This document shows, one piece after another, positions 48,550 to 57,447 of a stretch of 64,000 nucleotides of DNA (positions are counted from its first letter, which is position 1; each line of letters begins with the position of its first letter). The translations under genes were made by a program, and so were the position numbers. Origin of the DNA: Fibrobacteria bacterium (GTDB lineage Bacteria > Fibrobacterota > Fibrobacteria > UBA11236); the NCBI GenBank assembly GCA_043745805.1, contig JAYTSD010000020.1:32001-96000 (forward strand), in the 5' to 3' direction. The notes below the pieces were generated by a model, which did not search any database, was not told the origin of the DNA, and saw only the letters and a program-made list of their open reading frames with translations.

Positions 48550-50856
48550 ATGAAGGCCATCCCGTTTAAAATCTTGTTATTGTGCGCTGTGTTGGGAGTA
48601 CTTCCCGTGTTACCTATTATGCTGAGCGGCAGCCCCATTTTGAATAATGATATGTTACTTGCTTATTACTCGTATTTCTGTGATTTTCATAAAAACTGGT
48701 CTTGGTCGCATCCCTTAGTTTTTTGGACTTCCAGTTTTCAATGTGGTATGCCTATGCATGCTTATTGGCAAAGTGCTTTTTTATATCCTTTGACTTGGAT
48801 TTTATTTGGGTCAATCTCTCCTTCGATAGGGATTTATTGGTTTTATGCTTTTCACTTCGCCTTAGGAATTTACGGTTTTATTTTATTAGGTCCGAAATTG
48901 CATTTGCATCGTGTCGCGTCACTATGGGGCGGCATTGTATTTTCACTTTCGGGAACCATGTTAGCGCGTTATGAGCATATCACCTTTTTGGCGGGCTGGG
49001 AATTTATTCCTTTGGTATTATGGGCCTATTTAAACTTAGTGGAAAGGCACAACCTTTCTTCAATTTTTATTTACGCCCTGTTAGTTTGCATGCAAACCTT
49101 GGGAGGCCACCCACAAGCTTCGGTAACCACGGCATTACTCATATTTATTTTTACTTTGGCAGACTTAAAACGAAATAAGTTTTCTAAAAAATATATTACT
49201 TGGATAAGCGGCGGCCATCTCTTAGCCATAATTTATTGTGCACCCTTGGTCATTCCTTTTACGCAATTTGTGGATCAAACTAATCGTTATGGAGGTGTGG
49301 CTTGGGAAAATCATGAGGAAGAACCTTCCGCAGCGGCAAAATTACAAACCGGCGTTTTCAGTTTCACGGAGTTTTCCACTGGAGGCATAAGGCCTTTGCA
49401 TGCGCTTTCTTTAATAGCACCACACGCCTTAGGAACACCGTCCCAGGCTACTTGGTGGGGCGGTGAAGTTTGGGGAGAAGTTTTTGTTTATATGGGCGGA
49501 CTCGGATTTTTCTTTTGTTTTTTTGCTTCCTATAAACGTGCCAATAAATATGTGCAACTTATTCTTGGGATGGGTTTAGTGGGTTTATGGTTAGCCAGTG
49601 GAAAACATTTGGGAGCAAGCCAAGTATTATATCATCTGCCAGTATGGAATAATTTCCGTCGTCCAGCGCGTTATTTAATTTTGGTAGTTTTTGCATTGGC
49701 CGTATTGAGCGCTCATGGTTTGCAGCGTTGGATGGGCAAAAAACAAAATTTAAAACCCTTATTGTATTTGCTCGCATTAGCTTTGTTGGGAGAAGTAGCT
49801 TTATTGTTACTGCGTAACCAATTTGAAAATTTGCTGCACTGGTTGGAGCAATTGCGTGGCCGAATGGCTTTGAATCCCCAAAAAGATTATACAGAAAAAA
49901 TGCAAAACCTTTTGCAAGGTTGGACTTGGGATGGGGTTTTTATTCTGATTTCAGTAGGGTCACTTTTTTACGTGACGACAAAAGCCAAAACTCGTTACGC
50001 GCTTTTATTTATAATATTATTAATTGATTTATTACGTATTCATTGGAGTCATTTTTATCGCTTTCCTGCAACTTATTACCGCGAGCCTCCAGCCAGTATG
50101 GCGGCGCTCGACACTTCCCACTCCTACTTTTGGCGCATCGCGGCCAATATTGAATATCAAGGACTTGAATTTTGGCAAATGCATAATAATCCCACGCAAC
50201 ATATTGATTTATTTGAGCGGGAAAAAACGGCGTTAACCTACGGAATACATGCTGTTTTTGGTATTCGCAGCACGCGTGCGCATTTGCCAACCTTATGGAA
50301 ATGGAATGGTCAAACGCATACTTATGAAAAAGCGGGACGGTATTTTTTAAGTAATGTGGAATTACAATCTGTATACGGAAAGCCTTTACAAAAATTGGCT
50401 CGTTTTGATTCCGTTTATGTTTATGAATTTAAAAATTGGTTACCGCGTTATAGTTTGAATTCCGTCACTTCGACAGGCTCAGTGACCGCAAAATCTGTAA
50501 TTCCGGTCACTGAGCCTGTCGAAGTGACTTGCCCCCAAGGTTATCAAGGCTTGCGAGGTTTATGTGTATATGAAAAACGAGATGATGATATTTATGTACA
50601 ATCTGCTGTTGCGGGAACGCTAGTTTTTCGAGAACGCTATTATTCCGAATGGCGCTATCGTGAAAATCATGGGCCCTGGCAAAAACCCAAAGAGACTTCC
50701 GAACACTTCATGGAAGCGACATTAATGAAAGCTGGCGAATTGGAATGGGAGTACATCCCTTTTATGTTTTATTATACGACGGGGTTCGCTTTGGCTGTTA
50801 CAGCATTATTTCTAGGCTTCCAATTTTCCGTTACACGCGGCCCAAAAAGAAAATAG
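48550..50856 (+). CDS. YfhO-like membrane glycosyltransferase (GT-C)
   Basis: D...YY, W.....GMP..A..Q...LYP, GHPQ, FR.PARY, and a C-terminal E.YY..W...Y.P plus TM architecture. Confidence 0.78.
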   Translation: MKAIPFKILLLCAVLGVLPVLPIMLSGSPILNNDMLLAYYSYFCDFHKNWSWSHPLVFWTSSFQCGMPMHAYWQSAFLYPLTWILFGSISPSIGIYWFYAFHFALGIYGFILLGPKLHLHRVASLWGGIVFSLSGTMLARYEHITFLAGWEFIPLVLWAYLNLVERHNLSSIFIYALLVCMQTLGGHPQASVTTALLIFIFTLADLKRNKFSKKYITWISGGHLLAIIYCAPLVIPFTQFVDQTNRYGGVAWENHEEEPSAAAKLQTGVFSFTEFSTGGIRPLHALSLIAPHALGTPSQATWWGGEVWGEVFVYMGGLGFFFCFFASYKRANKYVQLILGMGLVGLWLASGKHLGASQVLYHLPVWNNFRRPARYLILVVFALAVLSAHGLQRWMGKKQNLKPLLYLLALALLGEVALLLLRNQFENLLHWLEQLRGRMALNPQKDYTEKMQNLLQGWTWDGVFILISVGSLFYVTTKAKTRYALLFIILLIDLLRIHWSHFYRFPATYYREPPASMAALDTSHSYFWRIAANIEYQGLEFWQMHNNPTQHIDLFEREKTALTYGIHAVFGIRSTRAHLPTLWKWNGQTHTYEKAGRYFLSNVELQSVYGKPLQKLARFDSVYVYEFKNWLPRYSLNSVTSTGSVTAKSVIPVTEPVEVTCPQGYQGLRGLCVYEKRDDDIYVQSAVAGTLVFRERYYSEWRYRENHGPWQKPKETSEHFMEATLMKAGELEWEYIPFMFYYTTGFALAVTALFLGFQFSVTRGPKRK
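50464..50528. repeat. Perfect 25-bp inverted repeat pair (15-bp spacer) inside the YfhO-like CDS
   Basis: gtcacttcgacaggctcagtgaccg-caaaatctgtaattc-cggtcactgagcctgtcgaagtgac. Confidence 0.95.
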
Positions 50857-51008
50857 TTTCCTCCTTGAGAAAGCTTTAGGTCAAAAAATCTATTTATCTT
50901 TTCCATTTTGAGATCTATTTTGGAGGTTGCAATTCTAAAATACGGCTATATGCCACTTAAATCAACTAAAAAGCGATTTTTCATTTTTTTTATTTAAAAT
51001 GGGGGCTA

Positions 51009-51024
51009 TGTGATCTCCATCACT
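51009..51024. promoter_or_regulatory. CRP/FNR-family binding-site candidate
   Basis: TGTGA-tctcca-TCACT, a 9/10 match to TGTGA-N6-TCACA. Confidence 0.55.
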
Positions 51025-51258
51025 GAATTCGCCGCGCAAGCCAATTAAATTCCTCTTCATGCTATTTGAATTATTTACCCGCGCAACGAAAACTCTTCAC
51101 TCAACTTTTCAGTTAGGAAATATCAAAAAAGGGCGGATAACCCCAAGAAAACCACAAAACACGGGGATTGTAAATCTTCCCGACAAACATAAAGTATTCT
51201 ACTTCTCAGTTAAATTATTTAACTTATTCATGCACTTTTCAGCCAAAAATGAGGCCCT

Positions 51259-51966
51259 ATGTTAAAAACGTCTTTAAGAACAATTTTCACTTTATCCTGC
51301 TTGCTTTTTACCAGCCATAATATTTTCTCTGCTACAACTACCGCTGCACCAAAAGCCAATTCACCCACTACTGCTCCTAAGGTAGCGGCAACACCCTCTA
51401 AAGCGGCTGCTCCTAGTACAGTTGCGCCAGTCCTTTCGGGCAATCGACTAGACCAGGTTACCGTTAAACGTTTATATGGCGATGGCGATTTTGATCAAGC
51501 CATTAGCATGCTGGAAAACTTTGAAAAAAGTCAAAAGCAATTTACGCGAGAAGAAAGTCTTACCGTGTATAAATTTTTAGGCGTTATGTACAGCGCCACG
51601 CCAGCGACACGCGAAAAAGGCAAAAGTTATTTTTACAAACTCTTAAAAGTCGATCCCGATGCAAAAATTTTGGACATGTATGTCAGTATCGTGGTGCAAG
51701 ACATATTCAAAAATACTTTGGATGAATTAATGGAGCAACAAGGGCATAAGCCCAATCATAACAATACCACAGCCTCGCAAGGTCAAGTCTTAGGACAAAA
51801 TAATAATGGTAAAACGGGTAAGCAACAAAAAATTGAAGAAGAAGATCATACAGTCATTTGGTGGATCGGTGGATTGGGCTTAGCTGCGGGTTTAGCCGGG
51901 GGATATTATCTGTACAGCCAATCGGGTAGCACGCCTGCTAAAGATTCAGAAATCAAAGTTCCTTAA
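51259..51966 (+). CDS. Secreted protein with Ala/Pro/Thr linker, TPR-like helices and a C-terminal hydrophobic Gly-rich helix
   Basis: GAGG RBS; signal peptide; TTAAPKANSPTTAPK linker; LYGDGDFDQAISMLE; VIWWIGGLGLAAGLAGGYYLY. Confidence 0.75.
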   Translation: MLKTSLRTIFTLSCLLFTSHNIFSATTTAAPKANSPTTAPKVAATPSKAAAPSTVAPVLSGNRLDQVTVKRLYGDGDFDQAISMLENFEKSQKQFTREESLTVYKFLGVMYSATPATREKGKSYFYKLLKVDPDAKILDMYVSIVVQDIFKNTLDELMEQQGHKPNHNNTTASQGQVLGQNNNGKTGKQQKIEEEDHTVIWWIGGLGLAAGLAGGYYLYSQSGSTPAKDSEIKVP

Positions 51967-52062
51967 ATCGAGGCTCTTTACCAGGAGTGCCCTTGGGCCA
52001 AGAACTTTTGGCCTCAATAGTATTTTGACCCCCATTCCAAAATGGGAATATAAAGGATTACA

Positions 52063-55000
52063 ATTAGTTCATTCATAAAAAAACTACTCGTTATTATATC
52101 AGCTTTGCTGATTTTTTGTTTTTGGGCTTGCACCACTACGGACTCGCAAGGCGATCAATATTTAAAATTTAATCTGAGCGCTTCCCTTAAAGATTATAAT
52201 CGTGTTCAAATTCGTTTAGTGAGCACCCTTGATTCGGATGTGGTTTATGATACGGTGTGGAACGATACTTTAAAAGATCCCGTAAACTTTCCACGTTATA
52301 AATTAAAAGCAGCAAAGAACAAAGATTTTGTCATTCAAATTCGTGGTTATAATAAAGACAAGCTCAGTTGGGCAAAAGACATTAAAGTAATCGGAAGTAC
52401 ACCACAAGTACCGGTCACTCTGCAAGCCGATGTGCGACTTTATAATTTGATTTTATCCTCGGGTTCGCTACAACCGGCATTCGATCCTGAAGTTTATGCT
52501 TACACAGTGCAAGTTCCCAATGAAATGATCAGCCTTGCGTTTACATTTTCAGCCGTTGATAGTTCGAACCTTTTATTGTTCGGCCAAATCCCTCTTAGCT
52601 GGAACAATTTATTAACCCAACCATTGCTAATGGGTAGCAATACCTTTCCATTCAATGTGCAAAGCAAAGATGGAAAAATAACTAAAACGTATACAGTAAT
52701 TGTAACCCGTGGGAACCTAGTTACACCAATAGATACTAGTATTAATGTTACTAGTTTAATTGTTAATCCCAAAACCTTGACCTTATACAAAGGCGATCCG
52801 GCAGCTTCTTTAAGCGCTACAGTTTTGCCTATGGGAATAGCCTTAAATTGGACAACTCTAAACGATGTCATCGCTACAGTTGAAGCCAGTGGAAAAGTTA
52901 TCGGTAAAGATTCGGGTTCCACATATATTTTGGTTAAGGCCGGCAAAAAAGTGGATTCTTGTGCGGTAACGATAAAAGTAGATGTGCCCCAAGTAACCGT
53001 GGGGAATAATGTGGCCGTGAAACAAAATACCGAGATTAGTTTCCCTATTTCGATTACTAAACAACATGGTAACTTAGCCGTTTTCAAATATGATTTTGAA
53101 GGAGATGGTTGGGATAATGGCGATTCTTTAATTAATACCAGTAACTATTCGGTTACCCTAAAGCATATCTATGCAACGCTCAAAACTTACACGGCTAAAT
53201 TTTATATTCGTGATGTCCAAGGTAATGTGGTAAATTCACAACGCACCATAACCATTAGCAATGCCGCTAATTTAATGGTGATAACTTGGCCCAGCAAAGA
53301 TACTCTTGTTAACAAAACGCCGATAACTCTTCTTTACACAGTTAACGGAACCACTTTAAGCAAACAATTTGATTTGAAGGAAGGTGCAAATACTCTTTTA
53401 GTTTCGGCAGGTACAGGTGCGGATTCCGCTGCAGCAACTCTTAAGGTAACTTTAGATACACAAGCTCCTGTGATTAAAATCACTTCGCCTAAAGACAGTA
53501 CTTATCTTAATTTAAACACGGCGGACATTACTTGGACAGCAGATGGAGTGGTTCAAACCGTTCAGCTCAAAGCCGACTTAGGGACTACCGATGGAATAAA
53601 AATTATCACGCGTGAACTTACCGATGCAGCGGGTAATGTGGGTAGTACCAGTATTCGTATTTACCGCAAAACTACTTTTCCAGTAGTTGCTATAACCGCA
53701 CCTGCCGATGGGTTTATTACTAATCAAAACAGCATTACGGTGGCTTGGAGTGTGGATGGCATAAATCAGAATACCCAAACTACCGATTCTTTAATAGAAG
53801 GGTTAAACACCGTCACACGTAAGTTTACCGATGCAGCGGGAAATGTGGGAACAAAATTCATTAAGATCACTCGCATAACTACGGGTCCATTAGTTAAGAT
53901 AAATTCACCTTCTGATGGCCTAGTTACCAATCAAGTTACTGTGCCGGTCAATTGGTCGGTGGATGGAGTTAAACAAACCTCCGATACCTCGGTAACCTTA
54001 GTGGATGGCTTAAATATTATTAAACGAAGTGCGACAGATAAGGCCGGAAATAAATCGGTTGATTCGGTAAAGATTATCCTCAATACTAAAGTACCGAATG
54101 TGCAAATCACCTCGCCTGCTCCAGGAGCGATTACTAATCAAACTAGTATTAATGTGACTTGGACTGTAAATGGAGTCGCCCAAACAGCTTCCCTAGAGCC
54201 ACTGCTTGTTGAAGGTGATAATATCATTATCCGTAAATTCAAAGATGCTGCCAGTAATGAAGGCATAGCCTCAATTAAGGTGATACGAGACACTAAGCCA
54301 CCGGCCGTGGTTATTTTAAGTCCGCTAAGTAATGCATTCACGAATGCCTCGAAAATCAAAGTGGTATGGACGGTGGATGGCGAGGTGCAAACCCAAAATG
54401 ATAGCGAAAACATCACTACCGAAGGGTCAATTACCATTAAGCGTCAATTTACGGATGCCGCAAACAATAAAGATTCCGCTTCGGTTACCATAATTCGCGA
54501 TGCCACAAAACCAAATGCGCCGGTGCTTTCCACAGCGAATGCTTTGACCAATGGCGATGCAGTTTGGACTTGGGCAGATGGCGGTGGTGATGCCGGATCC
54601 GGACTTAAACCGGCTACTTATCAATATCAAATAAATGCAGGGACAATAACTGCACTTAGCACAAATTCGCTTACCTTACTCAAGAATAATTTGAGTGATG
54701 GCCCTTATAGTCTTGTGGTACAACAACAAGATTTAGCAGGTAATTGGTCGGCGAATTCAAATGCAGTCATTATTACGGTAGATAAGACTCCTCCAACTCA
54801 ACCTGTAATAAACGCCTCTTCCCCTACAAATGTCCAACCCAAATGGAATTGGAGTTCAGGAGGAAATGGGGGATCAGGAGATTATCGCTATAAGCTTGGC
54901 GACGAAAATTTTTCCACGGGAGCTACTACCGGAAAGGATAGCACCATTACCTTGGTAACCGCTGCGGTAACTGGTACGACTTATATTCTTTATGTGCAAG

Positions 55001-57213
55001 AACGTGATGCGGCAGGTAATTGGTCGAAATCATCGAGCTTGCCCATAGTCTATGACCTTACCAAACCAACCATTGCCATTTTAAGTCCACAAGCTTCAGG
55101 GACTTATATTGATACCACTGATGGAGTAAAATTATCCGGAACAGCCTCCGCCATTTTACCCAATGCAATTGTAAAAGTTACCTATAAAATAGGAATCGGA
55201 GCCAGTACTGATGCCGTTTATACTGCCGGAACATGGAGTATTGCCAATATCCCCTTAATCAATGGCACAAACACCGTAGTTACGGTAACTGCTATTGATA
55301 ATGTCAATAATACAGCCGATGCTGTTTTATCACTATTAATGGATAAAACTATCCCTTCACCTCCAACCATAACCTCAGCCCCTTCGGCAAAAACTAAGGC
55401 CTTATTAGGTAGCTGGATATGGGCAGCAGGAAATGACGGTACCAATGGGAGTGGCTTAAATGGAAACTATCGTTACAATTTAAACGATGGAGCTTGGAAT
55501 CAAACTAATACTGCTTTAATCAATGGTTTAACGCTCATCGAGGGCAACAATGTATTTAGTTTACAAGAACAAGATAATGCCAAAAACTGGTCAAGCTCCA
55601 TAACTAGCCTAGTAAAATTAGATGTCACCGGTCCGGCAATTACTTTTACCAATCCAAGTAGCTCGGGTACAACTATAAGCACCTCTCATATTACCTTAAC
55701 AGGCACGGCTATTGATGTCGGTTGTTCAGTAAATTCCGCCACTGTATCCGGTCAATCACTAGGTAACACAAATCTAACATTTACAGGATCCTCTTGGACA
55801 AGTGCGGATTTAACTTTGGCACAAGGCCCCAATACTTTGACCGTAACGGCCATAGATTCCTTGGGAAATAGTAAAGCTTTGAGTACGGTAATTAATGTGG
55901 CTGTGGCCATTCCGATCGTAACAATCACAAGCCCTGCAAATAATTTCTTAACGAATCAAAGTAATATATCAGTAATTTATAAAGTGAATAATGGGGCTGA
56001 TCAAACTCAAACAGTAGCGCTTAATACTGAAGGTAACAATTCCATTACCATTACTTCTCCCGCTAATGAAGTAGGAGTTAAAGGAAGCACAACATTTAAT
56101 GTTATTAGAGATCAAACCCCTCCCAATCCACCTAGTGACAATGGTACGGTTGCTGTAACTAATGGAAATGCCATTTGGAACTGGGTCTCCACTTCGGATA
56201 ATGGAGGAGGCGGGGGTCTAAAATCGCCTGCAATTTATGAACTAAAAATCGATAATGGGGTACCATTTTCCTCACCCCCAAATACATTTACATTTTTGTT
56301 AAATGCTTCAAAAGAAGGTACTCATACGCTTGCCATTCGAGAACAAGATAAAGCTGGAAATTGGTCTAGTTCAAAATCCATTAATGTAGTAGTTGACATA
56401 ACACCTCCGAATCCAATCGTAATAAGAGGTACGACTCCCACCAATACAAATCCCCGATGGACTTGGAAATCCAATGGCGGCTCTGGAGCATTTCGGGTTA
56501 AAATAAATAGTTCAGATTTTACTTCTGGTACTACAGATGTAAATGCCTTGGAATACACACAAGCATCACCTTTTTCGGACATCCCAAATACGCTTTGGGT
56601 GCAAGAAAAAGATGCGGCAGGTAATTGGTCTACGCCTTCGAGTTACCCAATTACATATGCTATTAATACTCCAATGGTGACTATCCTTTCACCACAAAGT
56701 TCTGGAACCTATGTGGATACTTTGGCAAGCATTGTTTTATCCGGCTCAGCAAATGCGCCATCTGGCATTACACAAATTGGCTATAGTACAGGAGGCCAAC
56801 CTACGATTATATCCTCTGGCGGAAGTTGGACTACAAATCCCTTCTCGCTTAGCGAAGGCTCACCACTCACAGTTCAAGTGATAGCTTGGGCTGGAAATGG
56901 TAATTCAATTGCTAGCTCACTAACTTTATTGCGCGATAACAGTAAACCCAAAGCCCCAACTTTATCCGCGATAACAAGCCCCATCAATGGAATGAGCATG
57001 TGGAGTTGGAGTTCTAATGGCGATGTGGGAGCCGGATTAAAATCACCCGCGACCTATAGATATTTTCTGGATGGTTCCACAACGCCGGTAACTATTGAGG
57101 CCACAAACTTTACTCAATCCTCAGGTACACATACACTCGCGGTACAACAACAGGATTTAGCAGGGAATTGGTCTTTAAGCTCGGCTACGGTGCAGATTGT
57201 GGTTGTTCCTTAA
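52063..57213 (+). CDS. Giant surface lipoprotein A with cadherin-like, Big_2, PKD-like and Ig-like repeats
   Basis: Lipobox FWA-C; LQPAFDPEVYAY...KTYTVIVTR cadherin-like domain; many DTxxP.V.ITSP / D.AGN repeats. Start extended from the ORF-track TTG (52105) to an ATT (see findings). Confidence 0.8.
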   Translation: MSSFIKKLLVIISALLIFCFWACTTTDSQGDQYLKFNLSASLKDYNRVQIRLVSTLDSDVVYDTVWNDTLKDPVNFPRYKLKAAKNKDFVIQIRGYNKDKLSWAKDIKVIGSTPQVPVTLQADVRLYNLILSSGSLQPAFDPEVYAYTVQVPNEMISLAFTFSAVDSSNLLLFGQIPLSWNNLLTQPLLMGSNTFPFNVQSKDGKITKTYTVIVTRGNLVTPIDTSINVTSLIVNPKTLTLYKGDPAASLSATVLPMGIALNWTTLNDVIATVEASGKVIGKDSGSTYILVKAGKKVDSCAVTIKVDVPQVTVGNNVAVKQNTEISFPISITKQHGNLAVFKYDFEGDGWDNGDSLINTSNYSVTLKHIYATLKTYTAKFYIRDVQGNVVNSQRTITISNAANLMVITWPSKDTLVNKTPITLLYTVNGTTLSKQFDLKEGANTLLVSAGTGADSAAATLKVTLDTQAPVIKITSPKDSTYLNLNTADITWTADGVVQTVQLKADLGTTDGIKIITRELTDAAGNVGSTSIRIYRKTTFPVVAITAPADGFITNQNSITVAWSVDGINQNTQTTDSLIEGLNTVTRKFTDAAGNVGTKFIKITRITTGPLVKINSPSDGLVTNQVTVPVNWSVDGVKQTSDTSVTLVDGLNIIKRSATDKAGNKSVDSVKIILNTKVPNVQITSPAPGAITNQTSINVTWTVNGVAQTASLEPLLVEGDNIIIRKFKDAASNEGIASIKVIRDTKPPAVVILSPLSNAFTNASKIKVVWTVDGEVQTQNDSENITTEGSITIKRQFTDAANNKDSASVTIIRDATKPNAPVLSTANALTNGDAVWTWADGGGDAGSGLKPATYQYQINAGTITALSTNSLTLLKNNLSDGPYSLVVQQQDLAGNWSANSNAVIITVDKTPPTQPVINASSPTNVQPKWNWSSGGNGGSGDYRYKLGDENFSTGATTGKDSTITLVTAAVTGTTYILYVQERDAAGNWSKSSSLPIVYDLTKPTIAILSPQASGTYIDTTDGVKLSGTASAILPNAIVKVTYKIGIGASTDAVYTAGTWSIANIPLINGTNTVVTVTAIDNVNNTADAVLSLLMDKTIPSPPTITSAPSAKTKALLGSWIWAAGNDGTNGSGLNGNYRYNLNDGAWNQTNTALINGLTLIEGNNVFSLQEQDNAKNWSSSITSLVKLDVTGPAITFTNPSSSGTTISTSHITLTGTAIDVGCSVNSATVSGQSLGNTNLTFTGSSWTSADLTLAQGPNTLTVTAIDSLGNSKALSTVINVAVAIPIVTITSPANNFLTNQSNISVIYKVNNGADQTQTVALNTEGNNSITITSPANEVGVKGSTTFNVIRDQTPPNPPSDNGTVAVTNGNAIWNWVSTSDNGGGGGLKSPAIYELKIDNGVPFSSPPNTFTFLLNASKEGTHTLAIREQDKAGNWSSSKSINVVVDITPPNPIVIRGTTPTNTNPRWTWKSNGGSGAFRVKINSSDFTSGTTDVNALEYTQASPFSDIPNTLWVQEKDAAGNWSTPSSYPITYAINTPMVTILSPQSSGTYVDTLASIVLSGSANAPSGITQIGYSTGGQPTIISSGGSWTTNPFSLSEGSPLTVQVIAWAGNGNSIASSLTLLRDNSKPKAPTLSAITSPINGMSMWSWSSNGDVGAGLKSPATYRYFLDGSTTPVTIEATNFTQSSGTHTLAVQQQDLAGNWSLSSATVQIVVVP

Positions 57214-57288
57214 TCCAAAATTATTGGTTCTGCCCTGCATTGGAAAAAGTAAAGGTGGAAGCTCTTTAGGTTTTTTAATTAAATCGAT

Positions 57289-57312
57289 TTTTTGTGATAA
57301 TCATCACAAAAA
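57289..57312. promoter_or_regulatory. CRP/FNR-family binding-site candidate (perfect consensus)
   Basis: ttttTGTGA-taatca-TCACAaaaa, a palindrome about 140 bp upstream of the ATG at 57448. Confidence 0.7.
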
Positions 57313-57447
57313 TGGATGCGAATAGAAATTAATTTTATTAATATGTTTATCGAAATAGTTGCTCGCACAATAAAATTACTTATGGCCAAAGGATTTTTGA
57401 CCCAAATTGGATTTTGAAAACATTATTTTAAGAATAAAATACCGAGG

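Noticed and set aside
30487-50528. The 25-bp repeats as a CRISPR array or as ends of a 20-kb mobile element
   Set aside because: There is no repeat-spacer periodicity and no cas, integrase or transposase gene; the arrangement fits dispersed REP-like copies.
51059-51265. 68-aa ORF upstream of the TPR gene
   Set aside because: No RBS or recognisable features; it lies in probable promoter sequence.
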